Assembly: GCA_905178155.1 (NCBI GenBank)
Contig: CAJINV010000008.1
Span: 3,398,013 to 3,462,012 of the forward strand
DNA: 64,000 bases
Direction of reading: 5' to 3'
Origin: Amoebophrya sp. A120
Taxonomy: Eukaryota; Protista; Dinoflagellata
In this document: in pieces, positions 48,943 to 63,000 of the stretch
How the letters are laid out: each line of letters starts with the position of its first letter
How positions within the stretch are numbered: the stretch's first letter is position 1
The notes under the pieces: model-generated
Told to the model about the DNA's origin: nothing
Database searches by the model: none
Seen by the model: the letters and a program-made list of their open reading frames with translations, nothing else
Translations under genes and position numbers: made by a program

Positions 48943-51772
48943 TTGCGCCCAAAGGGCGCAAGCCAGATACCATACCAAAATAAAACAGGAGCTCCTGCGC
49001 ATGAAGGTCCTCCCGTGACGGACAAGGCTGTTGATGGCCGGGTCGCCGGCACATCCTTACCGGCGGATTTCTTACAAGTCGGTGCGGTGGAGTCCTCGTC
49101 GAAGAAGCCAGATGATGTGGCACGCGTGCACATCGGCGAGATGAAGAATCTTGCGGACGAGAAAAAAAGTGGCAAGGAGGACGGTTCATCGTCGTCGACA
49201 AACACGGGGATGAAACTGGAAACCAGTGACGCTGCCACGGTCGCTGGCAGGGACGACGTAAGGCCGGCTGGGAAGACGACGAAGAAGGATTTGGTCGAGA
49301 AGGACAGGGACGCAATCGTGACGGAATTAGCGGCGGCCCAAACGAGCACGGACAAACGTGCTCCATCTACTACCGTCGAAGCTTCTTCGCATGGGGAAAC
49401 CGAAAAGAGCGTGGAGAAAGCATCTAGTACAGCGACGAGTATTGGCGGGGACGGTAACATGTCGACGACGTCGAGAGCGCGAACGGGAGCGGCGCCGGAT
49501 CGTGAAGCGGGTTCTATCCTCGGGAAGCCTTGTGACTTGTTGAGTTGAGTCGAATCGGTAAGTGTACGCTGCAAAGAATGAAAGTTATTTCAACTACAGC
49601 ATGTTCTTATGCTTATCCGAGATACGACGAGAACCGAAAGTAGACAGACTGTCTAAACCTAGTTCTTATCTTTCTAGAACGGGCGGTCGGCCCCCGTCCG
49701 CCGCCCCGGCGACGAGCCGGCGCGAGGGAAAGGAGAGGAAAAAGATAGACAAACCATCACAAAGCACAACCCCCAGCGGAAATGACCGGAAAGCGCACCA
49801 TCAGGGGATGCCATCAGAACTTCTTTGCTGGGGCAGTTAAAGAAAAGAAGCGCCGTCAACTTTGCTACGCGTACGCACCTCGCGCAGGCGGCGGACGCTA
49901 GCATAATGCAGGGCGCTTCTCAACAGCGTCCATCAGGATGAAGATAGTACAGCATTGCGGCTTTTCCCTGATAAAGATAGATTCTTTTTAACATTTATTT
50001 GCGCGAACATGCATTACGATGGATTTTGTGACTCAACTTACTTTCGACATGCATAGCGGCCGTGGCGGACCGGGGAGAAAAATCCCCAAGGGACGTCTCC
50101 ACAACTTTGCGTTCGTACGACCAAGGCAGCGGTAGTGAGGATGCACATACACAACAAAACGGGCTGCGACCTATCGTTGACAAGCAGTCGGGCAAGTTGG
50201 TGGGTGCAACGAGTCGTCAAGCAGGAGACGACACTGCGCAAAGTCGCAGTAAAATCAAAGTAGCGAACAGCGAGCGGGACGTGCAGGATGAGAGTACCTT
50301 GCAAATGTTTGGTCCTAATAATTTGGGTGCTAATTCTGCTCTTCTCGGTGGGACTCCTCGTCCTCTTTTCGGTGGGACTCCTGATCAATCTACGCGGCAG
50401 CGTGCTGCGCAGTTGCTTGCAACCCAAAAAGCCCGAGAAGCCCTGGTGGTCCAGGCTGCCTCGCAACGAGGGGGGCGCACCCCGACGTCCATTTTGGTCT
50501 ACCCGGGCGGCGGGGCGCAACGCGTAGAAGAGCGTCTCCGTCCGAAACGTTTCCTGGACGCGGAAGAAAGAGCTCAGAGGCAAAGACTGCAAAGCGCCGG
50601 CGCTGATTCTCTTGAACCGTGGGAAACCTTTTTGACAGAGCTGGCTGCTAAAGCTGATGAAGCGAAGGGTCGCAATGACGACTTTGGAAATTTTCCCCGA
50701 GCTCTTGTTTTCCGATACTACCTGGTTTGGCTGGAGACGCAGAAGACACCGGAAGCAGAGCATCCGCTTCTCGCAGAAGACGCGCGGAGGGATCTTCTCG
50801 TGCAGGCTGCGGAAAAAATGACACCTGACGGTGGAGCTGCCATCGAAACTGCCTTGAAGAGCGTGTTTGCAATTGGAAACTCTTCTGAGGCCGGAAAGAA
50901 GATTACCGCGGAGGACAATGCCGCCCTTGAGAATTTCGTGAGCCAACAAAGCGGTAGAAACTTTGCTGATTTACACCATGATGATTATATGTACGGTGTA
51001 GTGCTTCATTTTAGCTTTTGCTTATCTTTCTCCGGCAGGAATACCGGACATAGATTTGAGACAGACTTTCATAGTGACTATGAATGTATCTGTAAAGGTT
51101 TATTTGATATGTAGGAAAAAATCACATGATTAAACTTGAAACAGCAGCAGCACGTGCTGCGGCCTCGGTGCAGCCGAGTCTTGCTACCCCAACAGTTGGA
51201 GAAGAAACAACCCGAAGTGCAGTGCAGTTGGAAGGAGCACAAGAGCCTACGACAAGTGCTGCTGATCCCGTCGCCGACACTAAATCTAAAACGAATTTTC
51301 CGAGACGGAGTTTCGCGGCAATTGAAGGTATTCAAAATTTCCAGTCAGCACTGCAAGCAGCAAACACCATCGTAAATGGTACATGATCGGTATGATGTCG
51401 CTCGGCATGTGTTTGAATTCCAAACAAGTTGGAGAAAGGATGAGGATGTAAAAAAACTCGATACTAGATGACCGAGCTGCTGTTTCGAGTTCCATGGTGG
51501 AAGTTGCTTCGAAGACCGTGTCTGGTTTCAACATCGGAGCAGCAGTTGATGCCCCTCCTGCGGGACACGCTAAATACGTTGATGAGGATACGGAAGAGGA
51601 AGGGGAAAAACGTGCAGCTTCATCGCAACAAGATAGTGCTTCCGGGGGAGTGTGGGGCAATGAAGCCGGCGGCGATTCGAAAAAGCAGAAAAATTCCGGC
51701 AGTGGACGAGATACCAACGCGAGTAGCGGTTTGAGTCCGCAGTTGATGGGCGACGCGTCGACGCCTGCGTAG
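48943..51772 (+). other. Possible hypothetical or degenerate gene made of several low-complexity plus-strand ORFs
   Basis: ORFs 48943-49548, 50062-51114, 51126-51386 and 51494-51772 have protein-like composition and the same orientation as neighbours. No domain recognised and no convincing splice path found. Confidence 0.3.
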
Positions 51773-52902
51773 AACAGCGCCGATGGTCTGCCAGTTCCGG
51801 ATGAAAGATCGACCTGGAGCACTGAGCTTTTGTTTGCTTCTTTGAATTGATGAGAAGTAACAACCTGATGTATGTATCGAAAATCAGTGTCTTCAGATCT
51901 GAAAAACTGAAACCCAGTGTACATGGATAGTCTTTCGCCCAGATTGACCTGTATAATTAATCAAACCCTAACGAAGATAGGAGCGGCAAGTTGAAAAGAT
52001 TGTATGATTGACTTCGGCTGTCGTGCAGGCACTGTATAATGAAAACGTGAATGAGTTGAAGAAGTCTGACGGTTGTATTCTGTTCTTTATGTTTCGGTAG
52101 GAATGCGTTTTTGTATCACAACTTCCCTGTATCGACAAATCAAAATAGCAAGTAGTGTTTTGCCTTGTATCCCGCATCAAGAAACTGTAACTATGACAAA
52201 TTTTCCAACCAGCGAAAAAAGCAAGCCTGCCTTCAGCTTCATCAAGCACATCCCAGAAAGCGTGCACATAATTGTCGTGGGTGAAATATATGGCAGCAAC
52301 AGCGGTATTATCTCGAACGGCGCGCCGAGTAGTTTGGCTGCACTACTTCTTTTTTCAGCAGTGTTCAGATTCCGTAGTGAGATGATTTTTTGATACTTCA
52401 GCGATGTGCTGAGTGTTTTTTGCAAATCTTTTGATTGCTGTTTGCACGGTTCTTGGAACACTGTGACAAGCAACGTTTTGGTACGCAAGATCAACACAGT
52501 TCCCGCGTACAGGATTATTTCGGATGCGTATAGTTCTACTGATCGCGTTTCTGAGCATTTATGGCAAGCGAAGCATTTCAATCTGAAAAGTTAGAGGTTC
52601 AATGTTAAGGTCGTTAGACGCGTTCCTTGCATCTATATGTACTTGTTTCATCACATAAATTTAAATGTTCCATTTGTTTTCAAGTTTTGCGACGGCAACG
52701 CGGATGGCTTTTCTGAAAGTTTCACTCTACAACTTCTTACTAAATCTTCATGCCTCGTCTTCGAAGGACATTTTTACGTGCTGCTTTGTGATGATAAGTT
52801 TGTAGAGAAGACCAGGCTGCGCCGGTTTTTGTGGGACAGGGAACCAGAAGGCGAGCGTTATGGAGGACGAAGCGCAATGACAAGCAGTTGTGTGAAGATC
52901 TG

Positions 52903-55900
52903 ATGTCGCCTCACACATTCCGGATGCAGTACTCCGATTCAGTCCCTCGGCGCTGCGCTTCGTCGTCTTCGTCGCGAAGCAGCGGCTTGGGAGAACGCGG
53001 AACCGAGGCCCGTGCTAGCATATGTGATGGAACGGCCAAAAAGCGAAGGCCTTGGGCGGTCGCGCATCACCTCTTCGGATTGAGTGGCAGACCGTGTCGC
53101 ACGAAGTCAATTTTACAGCGACGAGGAATGCAAAATTGGATCGCCGTAGATGGGCGGGAGGATCAGAAACGAAGAGGACGGGTGCGCGTTTATTCTGTCG
53201 GGGAACCTCGGCCGGGGTCAAGTCGCGACCAGAGCAGTGCTAGCGTGCTCGTCGCCTGGTTTTGGACGAGAATCTGGACACAACTGGTGCCTCCTTCGAT
53301 ATGGTTGCCATACTCGTTTGCTCACAAGAATAATAGATCCAGGATACGAGGCCTTGTGCGTTGTTGGAAATGTGTCGCTTCACTGACATTTTTCCTTTTC
53401 TTGTTCCTTCCCCTCCATCTGCTTCCAACCACCACCCTCGCCCAGATCCAGGTCATTCGCTTCCCGTCCTCTTCAGGCCACGGCGCCCCCTATCTCGGCG
53501 GTATTTTCGACCTGTTCCGCACGCCACCACACATGCGCCAGGTGTCGAACTTTTACACGCCGGAATTAACGTTGAACAGCGAGCCCTGGAATGCGCTCCT
53601 AAAGTCGAAGCATATGGTCGCGGTGCTGTTTTTCAGTCCGGTCTGCGTCTACTCCCAGGCACTGCAGCCGATCTGGGACCAGGTGGCGCACAAAATGGAG
53701 AGGAAAGTCCCGGTCGTGCGGGTGGATTTAACGAATCAAGAAATGGAGGCCATGAAGAAGTATAAGTTGCAAGGGTACCCAGGGTATCCAGTAGTCCGGC
53801 TGATCGTGGAGGACGAGAATAAAGTTGACATGTTCGAATACGAACCAAAAGGGTGGCAGACAACCATGGAAACAATCACGAGCTGGGTACTATGACGCGG
53901 ATTTTGAGGGCTGTGCATACATGACAGTTCCAGAAGTTCAAGTTCTACATTCTTGAGTCAGTACGTGTCTTCTATACTAGAAGCTTCGTCTACTTTCTAC
54001 CCAAACCGAAAAAAAATCTCAGCTCTCCAAGCACCTTTCAACCGGCCACGAGGTGCATTCTTTAGAAGAGTTCCGGAATTTCCATTTTCAAAACCCCCTC
54101 TTCGTTGTTGGTCTTTTCGAAGACGACACCCCCGTTGACGCCCCGACCTCAAGCGACAATCCAGCGGCCACCACCGCTTCCGACTCCACGCTCTCCCCCC
54201 AACAGCAGACCGACAACCGGCACAACGTGCAGACGTTTCAGGAAGCCAGTAAGCACTTCGAGAACGTACTGTTCGCGGAGAGCCGGAAAAGCGGGGTCTC
54301 CAGGGAGATCGCGAACTACCTCCGCGAGCACCACCACTTGAAGTGCGAGGTGGTGAATTTTGGGGCCAGCAAGGAAAATACAAAAGCGGTGGAAACGCCG
54401 AACAAGGAGAACATGCGGTGTCGCGGGCCGAAGAACCTGCAGCGGCCGGAATGGAACGACAGTTTCGAAGTGACCAGTAACAAAACGCACGTGACGGCGA
54501 AGCGAACGGACCAAAACAGCGGGTGGGATCTATTACAGTGAAAAATGCCCCCACCCCAAAAGTTGCAACAATTTGTGATGCGAAGTTTCCAAATGAAAAC
54601 TTTGTGTCTTGCATGAAAGGACTATGAATCTTTCTGATGCAGGGTCTAGTCGTATGCAGCATCGCTTGCATGACAAGCGTCGCGCTTTCTGGGATCTTTC
54701 GCAATGCAAATTTTGGCTACTCACGATGGAAAATCTGTGATGCTGATAAAAGGAACAGGGCGAGTGCTTCCATTGGAAAGATTTGCAATGCAAATGCTCC
54801 CAAGTTTTGGGGTTGGGGCATTTTTCCTCACAATAGGACCAGGGGCTGCAGTATTCCTGTTGTCTGGAATACAACCCGCAGGGGGAGGCCCCGTTGGAGC
54901 TGAAAATCCCCTCCGTGACCATGTTCACGCCATTTGACGAGCAGGTTTACACCTTCCCGGCCGACCACTCCTCGCACATCAACGTGGTCGAGCTGATCGA
55001 GTTCGTGCACAAGTACCGTCAGTCGCTGATAACGGACTTCAACGTCAACACGATGAACGAGGTGTTGGAAAGCGCCAGCTCCGCGGAACTCCCGCTCCTG
55101 ATGCTGATCCACAACGAGGAGGACAGCGGGTCTACTTCGGACGACGGAACCGGGGCGCAGTCTGCGCAGATGGCGAAACTAGCGGAGGTGGAGGAGACCG
55201 TACGGAAGTTCGCAAAGGAGATGAAGGGCCGGGTGTTATGCTCGAAAGCGCTGAAGAGCGGCGACGACCCGGCGTACAAGTTTTTGTTCGAGATGCTGGA
55301 CCTCTCCGCTGTCAAGGACTTCCCTGTGCTGCGGCTGATGACGCGGAACCGCGAGGCGCGGTCCCGGGCCTCCGCGGTGCTGAAGTACAAATTAGGCGGG
55401 AACAACGACGGGGAAGTGGCGCCGACCGTGGACAATCTCAGGGGGTTGCTGGAGTCGTTCGAGCAAAAAACCGCGCGACCGTATTTGAAATCCGAGCCCG
55501 CGCCGGACCCGGCCTACAAGGACGAATACGACCCGGTCGAGGTCTTCGTCGGGTCGACGCTGCACGACGGCATCGCGAACCGAAAAACGGATATATTTTT
55601 GAACATCTACGCGCCCTGGTGCGGGCACAGCAAGCGGCTGCAGCCGGTCTGGCGGGACCTGGCCACGCGGTTACGGGGAAATGAGCAGGTGGTCACGATT
55701 GCGAAGATTGACGGCACGGCGAATGAAACACCAGATATTCCGGTCATGGGGTATTGACGAATTAGATATTGATGCGAAACAAGAATTATTGGCAGCGATT
55801 TGTTGTGCTTGTTTAAGAAGCTGGTTGAGGACTAAGGGTCACGAGGACGTCGAGCAAACGCAATGACAATCTATGAAGTGCGGCATAGATTGATTTATCT

Positions 55901-56157
55901 TTTTCCATCACAGAACATGCAGAGAGAAAAAGTCAAGCTCTACCCTTGTAACACATAAACCCAGATATCCAACGATGCTGTTTTTCAAAGCGGGACAATC
56001 CGGCTTCAGTTCGATCGAATACAACGGGCCCCGCACCACCGACGCACTCCTAGAGTGGCTGAAGAAGCACAGTCCGGGGGAGATAAAACCGGACCAGGTC
56101 ATACCGGCTGCAGAATCCGGCTACGACGCCGGACGGGGGCACAGCGACGAAATTTAG
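52903..56157 (+). CDS. Protein disulfide isomerase family protein with CXXS active sites
   Basis: Exons ~52903-53886, 54023-54530, 54841-55750, 55965-56157. First thioredoxin domain VLFFSPVCVYSQALQPIW...GYP; x-linker YLKSEPAP; last domain IYAPWCGHSKRLQPVW...IAKIDGTANE...GYPT; C-terminus SDEI. The start codon is uncertain. Confidence 0.88.
54531..54835. mobile_element. Introner (305 bp)
   Basis: TSD GGATC/GGACC, ends TAT...ATA, TIR core GAAAAATGCCCC(C/A)ACCCCAAAA. Removal gives SGWDQGLQYSCC. Confidence 0.92.
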
Positions 56158-57002
56158 GGAAGAGGTTGCTGGCGCCAGGGCGACTTGACAGGTCCACCCC
56201 CGAAGCGGCTCGCACAACATACAACATTGAATTGGCGATCTAGAAGATCAACATCAGCAAGCACATCAAGAAAAAACAAGTCATATTAGTACGAGGACAA
56301 CAAGAAAATTGGAATAAGCATCAGGAAGCTGTACCATTTGAACGAAGTAAAAGCAGCGGCTTTCTTTTTCGCAGAGAAGGGCCATCCGCATCCTCGCCAC
56401 CTCATGGCAAGAGGGATTGGGGTAGTGCAGGCGGCGTTTCCACGGGCTGGAAAAGTTCTCCAAAGCAGACCGAGTCTGTTCCACAGGCGCCACCATTCGC
56501 TTTGCTGCATCTGAGTTCCGGAAGTATGGTGTGAGGTTGCAATTTCTTTGTCTCTGACTGTTGTGCATGATGTGTCCGACATTTTTTTTTGATCTTTATG
56601 CAAGAAGAAGTGCTGCCCAAGCTCCTCCGTCCTCCCACGGACTCTCAGTCCAAAATGGGATCCGAAAATGTTTCTTTGTGGATCCATAGCTTCTTAGATC
56701 TCTTCTCTGTGCTGTGGATCTGACAGCGCGTTAACCAGTAAACGATTGGTGTGTAGTCGCTGCGCATCACCTTCTTATTGCCTATTTATTGTTGTCAAAC
56801 TCTCTTAAACTAATCATAAGTACTTCGTTGAAATAATACCAGCGGCAAGAATCAAGTAAAGTGGTTAGTCGAGGCTGCCGTAGAAGTTTTCCCGCCAAAG
56901 AGCCACCTACTTAGAAATGAGAGCCACGGATTGATGCAGTAAGTAGGTTCACAAATAACTCTGATTGGTACAGCGCGATGTGTGAGTCCTTGATCTTAGA
57001 GT

Positions 57003-60000
57003 ATGGCCGCGGCACGTGAAACAAGTATGAGCCCTCCGCTCGAGGAGGAGGACTCCGGCGTGCTGAGCTGCAGCTTCGAGTACATAGACGAAACCGATGA
57101 TGAGAATTTTTTCAAAAAATTCTTATCCGAAGAGCGAGCGGCTCCGGGAGAGGAAGAGGAACTTGGCTCCTCCCCCCCTTCCGGCCGATCTTCCGCGTCG
57201 GGGTCTTCCGCAGAGGACGAGGAAGAGGACGAGGAAGACGAACTAGAATTACAAGCCGAGAGCACATCAACCTCGGACCAGGACAGCCTCATGGGAATCC
57301 CCGCAGAGCAGGAGCCGAGAGGTGCCGAGCCCGAAGACCTTCACTGGGCTCCCTCGTCGGGGGACGAAGAGGGAGAGAACGGAGGGTCGGCGGCCGCTGG
57401 TTCGGGCGAGGACGAGGAGGAGGCTGCGAACAATTTGCACGGCGCAAAAGGAGGACGGAATCCTAATAATTTGCGGTTTTTCAAGTCCGACGGTCTCGAT
57501 CTCGATTCCGACATTCTTTTAGACGAAGAAGAGTACGAAGATTCGGAGGGTTTCCAGCACATACCGCTTGTAGAACAAGACGATGAAGACGACCAAAATG
57601 TCGTCGGCGAGCAGCTGCCAGAGGATTTTGTCTTCGATTCCGATGATCTGAGTGAAGATGACAGCGGAGGGGACGACGTCGAACAAGGAGATCATATGAA
57701 TAAAGGCCCTGCAGGAGATGGCGCGTCAAGACCAGCAGAAGACGACGTCGATCCGTCTGTGTACCGACGGAAGAACAACATGGGCGTAACCATCGTTACC
57801 TCGCCGATCTGGTCCCCGCGCACGGATGCGAGATTTGAGAAACCGCCAGAGAAACCAGTACGCATGGGAAGGCTGAGTGGACCACTTGTACAAGAGAGGG
57901 ACAGCACGGGTAAACAAGATGCTCCACGAGCTCCTAATGCGAACGTGAGCGACGTATTAGCAAAACGCCTGAGGAGCACTTTGAGGAGCAGAAAGAACCT
58001 TGCGCCCTTTGCGCGCTTAGCTCCGTCCAGCCATCGGGTTTACTTCCCGCAAGCCGGGAGAAGAACCAGACTGGGCAGAGCATTAGCGGAGTTGAAGAGA
58101 CGGAAGCAGGGCAGCAAAGTAAACCCCTGCTGGGGCGAGCCCCGGGACAGTGCTACTGCGGGTCGTAGTTCTTTTTCAGAGCAAAAACTTTTACGGAATA
58201 TTGGCGGAGGTCCCCGAGGGGGGAATCTGGAAGCACAAAGTCGCGCTCCGGAAAGTGGCGGGCTGCCAGCTTCAGAAACAACTCAAATGCCACTTGGGGT
58301 ACCAAACAGAACGAGCCCGGACAACAAGTCTTTGCAACAGATTCTGTCGCTGCAACGACAGTCTCTGCAACAGCACGGTCTTCGACGCCCGCCACTGAAA
58401 AGACCCGAGATGCTTCCCTGGAGCAACTTTTTCGCTGACGATAACCTGGTCGCCGAAGTCCGGGATTATTTGCTGTCCAACGACGGCACGGATGCTTTCG
58501 CACCCGGAGCAAGAGCTTCGGCGAAAAATATCCAAAATCCGACCGTCCCTCCCTTCACCGCTGCCCAAGAACGGGCGATTCTTGCGAACCGCTACGGCAT
58601 TGCGTCAGAAGAGCTGTTGGACTTGAGGAATTACCGCCGCGCGCCGTTCAAACAGAGGAAAACCAGTTTTGACGCCCGAGCGAGCACCTCTGGTGTAAAA
58701 ACACGTGCGGCAAGCGCGGCGGGCATTGTTACAGGCACCACGAGTTCCTCTTCGAGCAGGAGTTTTTTTCTGGATCCGCAGCACTTCGCCACCGATCCAA
58801 ACCAGTCAGTGACCAGGCCGCAGTACGACAGTCCGGTGTTGTTTGACAATTCCGTTAAGAATCACGAAAGGCGAGCCTTATTTGGACCCCGGAATGCGGG
58901 CTGCGGTGTTCGGGAATGCGACGTAGCGGCCGCTGCTGCTGGTGCTTTTAGTGCGTCTGCGGTCAGCAGTAGTAGTACCGGAGAAGGAGCTCCTGCAGTT
59001 CGACCTGTGAACAATCAGCGTGACCATATCGTTACGCATTTGGAGAAGAAGCAGAACATTCTGCAGTTCCGTCCGCAGCGCGCCCTGGGGTGTCACGACG
59101 TGTACGGACCTCCCGGGCACCCCGAAGCCTCGTGGGAGGTGATGTGTCGGCTGGAGCAGCATGCATGCGACCAGCGGCTGTGGAAAAGTCGGGTTCTGGG
59201 CGGACCGCTCCGCCACCCCGTGGCCGAGATCGTCTCCTGCCCCACCACCAGCACTGGGCTCAGCGCCGGGACGTTCCACACGATTCACCCCATCGGCCTG
59301 CACCACCCGCACGCGCGCCTGTCGCGCGGTACGTTTCCCCACTTTTTGCAGCCCACGCTAGAAAAGCGAAAGTTCAACAAGGACATAGGATATCTGGGGA
59401 AGGTGCAGATACTGTTTTCGATCGCGGCACAGGCAGACCCCGCCCTCGTCGTGTCGTCTTCAAACCCGCAGGACGAGCGCCGTGAGGTACGAGATGAAAT
59501 TTTATCAACCCGTGATGGTAAAAACGACTACGGTTCCGCTCGCACAAGAACCTCCACCAGAGACCGGGGCAAGACGGAGTACTTGCATAATTCGTCCGGC
59601 AAGAGGAAGCGGGGAAGTGAAGATACCCAAGAAGCGGAGGACGATTTCAACAGTTTTGGAACCGCGGCGGCCTCGCGTGGAGGTGCGGGGGCACCAGACG
59701 GCGACACCCCATCCACCACCGCTTCGACGATCAGCAACGAGCTCACGCTCGCGAAACCGCGCAGGTCATCCTCGACCTTTTCCGGCGGGATCGACGACAA
59801 GCGGAAAGAGAATTTTATGAAGTCAATATCTGCAAGAGAGGACGCTGATGGCAAGTCGGCCCACAGCAAGCAGGCTTCTCGGAAAGGAAATGTTAAGGCG
59901 ATTCCTGCCACGACTCTGGTTGAACACTTGTCTGCGACCCCGATGGTGATGCCAGTGCGGGGGATGGAATACTCGGTGCGCGAGATCATGGCAGACCAGC

Positions 60001-63000
60001 AACACAATGCGTCGAGTGGTGCCAGCAGCCGGCATAAAACTTCCGCGTCAAAGCTGGACCCGACCGTCGAGGTCTTGACTCCGAACACCGCAATCCCGAA
60101 GCTGTTCGGTGGGAAATGTGTCCGAATGCAGAAGAACAGAACTGTAAAACTTTTGCGCACAACCGTGAGTCAAGCGCCCGTCTTGGAGATGCCGACGACT
60201 AGCAGCGAAGATTTGTACACCGATTTCCTCTTGATCCGCAAACAGCCACGGCCGGCCACAGAGTACCAGAAAACGGTGGCTCTCGGTTCTACTGCAGCTT
60301 CAGCAGCAGGTGTTGTCGACGCCACATCGAATGCGGCAGGGGGCAGTGTAGTTTCGGGTGTTTCTATCGGAAGAAGCAAAGCATCTTCCTCCAGGTCGCC
60401 GATAAAGAAAACAGTGAGCGGAGACGGGGACCCAGACGCGGGGTTTGCAAAAAAGAAAATCGCGAAGACAAGCAGCAGTGCAGTTGTTTATCGCTCGCAC
60501 TTCAAACCTCTGTTCAAGGAAAAATATCTGCCAAAGACCACATCCTCAAACGCAGAACGGGCGCGCAAATCGGATCAGAAACAGGACGATGCGCGGCCCG
60601 GTGTTGACAGCGGCACACGCGGAATATCAAATACCGGGGCGAGCAGCAGTGCGGGTCGGAAGCAGCTACTGAATGAGAAAGCAAGCACCGGGCAAAACAA
60701 TGCAGGAAGTAGCAAACGGCCTCAGTCCGATCCGCTGCACGAGGACGACACTCTGGATGCGCGTGCGCTTTACGGGATTAAGGTACAGATCGAGAACTTG
60801 GCGCGTTACCACCGGAAGCTCTTTCTGCTTCCGCGAGTCGTCGCGGCAGAAGGTGCAGGTGGACAGGCAGGACCAGCCGCTTCGTCCTTCGACCCTCAGG
60901 AAGCGATGCCCGCTGTATCCGCCCCTACCCCGGAGGAGCAAGTGTGGCCCGAGTTTGTGGGCACGCCCGTGCGGTGTCCGCAGTCGTTTCGATCGGGCGT
61001 GATCTGCAAGGTCTTGGTGCGGAAAATACCAAACGCTACTGGTACAGCTGCGGCGGGGAGCGCGAGTGCTGCAGCTGGCGCGACGTCATCCTCGTCTCTA
61101 CTGCCCCCCGCGCAATTACCCGCGACAGATCATGCCGGAACTACAATTGCGCCGGTCGTGGCAGCATCTAGCGGCGCAGCTGCGGTTAATAGCGGCGCCG
61201 AAGCAGGTACTAGCAGTGCAACAGGAACAACAGCCAAAAAGGGTACTAGCGCGGCAGGGCCTCATGGGACTACAACTAGCGCTCCTAGTTCCTCCGCACC
61301 CGCCGCGACAACATCAACCACCAGAATCACCCCGACCGTCCGCCCCTGCATCCGCGTGCTCTTCGACACGGGCGAGGTGGAGGAGCTGGAGGCGATTGAC
61401 CTGTTGCAGACGGTTTCCTTCGAGGTGCTGACGCCGAAGAAGCGTTTCCTCCTCTCCGACAACCCAGACGCCCAGCGGTTTTTCAGCGAGGAGGCCGCCC
61501 GGTCCGCCTGGTGTTTCAAGTCTTCCTTTGCGGGCACCGCGGTGCACCAGGGGAAGCTCTGTCTCGTGCGCGTGGAGCCCCAACTGTTTTTGAACAAGCT
61601 GGACCGCCTCTTTCTGCAGCACGACACTGCGCTGGAACCGCTGCTGGGATCCGCGAGCAGCGCGGTGGCAACCACGCAACAGCAAATCGCTGCGGCGGAA
61701 GATCATGCAACCGGGCGGGGGAATAATGGAACCACCACTACGACAACCTCCTTAGTTTCGAACGCGACAAGCATTGTCCGGCCCACCGAGCTGAAACCAC
61801 AGTCCTTGCGTACCGCGGTAACGGAAAAGAAGATCGGCACGACGGCGAGCAGCGTGTCCGGCGGGAGCAGCTTCACGAAAAAGAACCGCAGGAGAAATCT
61901 GGTTGCGCAACACGCTGCTCGCCGGCGCATGAACAAGGGGCCCAACTACAAGCCTGACGGAGTTACAGAACAGGACGATAGTGGTTTGATTAAAAATGCA
62001 ACACCTGCCACAGCAGCGATCGCGGCAGACAGTCTGCTGAAACACCAGGTCAGCCAGGCGAGTCGCGCGTTGCGCGTGGCGCAGGCCATTTTGCGTTTGC
62101 TGCACGAGGCGCAGGAGTTGAAGGTGATTCCCCAGGTCTCGCAACTCGAAGAGAACAGCAAGGAACAGCTGCACAACCTCTGCGCCAACATGTTCAGCGA
62201 AGATAGTCTGTACTTCCTCGGCAGTGCCAAGGAGCCCCTCGCGGCCGTCAGCTTCGCCCTGACCATGCGGCCCGACTACCGTGGCGGCACGTCCTCCGCG
62301 GCGACCGCGCGGGCGCGCGGGGGCCCGTTGCTGGGGGCGATGATCACGTCGACGGACTACTTTTCGCAGTTGCTCGAGGAGTTGGAGCAGCGAAAAGGCG
62401 TCAACGCCGAGCAGAACTGCAGCTGGCAAGCCTGCATCGACGGGATTTTCGACCTCGTCCAGGAGCTCCGGATTCCCTTTCTGCTGCCCGCCTCCGCGCG
62501 CGGGGAAAATTTCGAGCAGAAGCTGCTGCGGGCGTTGCAGAGCATGGAATTGCTGGAGGATTTCTATTCGACGAATATGCAAAACCAAGGAGATCATCAT
62601 GATCCCGCTGAAATGATGAATCAGCTGCAGCCGGAGAGCATTTGGCGCCTGGTTCCGCCGGCGCGGTACTTGTTGGACAAACTGAACTCCTGTCCGTGGG
62701 CGCAGGCGACCGACTACGGAATCATCCTAGACCGGCCCGACCAGTGGACCTTTCTGATCAACTATCCCACGAAAAAAGTGTTACAGTGACACATTTGTAA
62801 TTCAATTCAGCAACACAAATTTCTCTGCATGAGAGAGAAAACTTGTAATGCATACAATCCTACGGGAAAACACCTATGAAACGAGGCTCCTATGCCGGCA
62901 TGACAGAGCTTGTCTGTCTTGCTTGGCCTGCAGCACAATGTGTAACTGTAACACTTTTTTCTTCCCATATCAACGCGGAAAGCAGTTTCTCCGAACTGCA

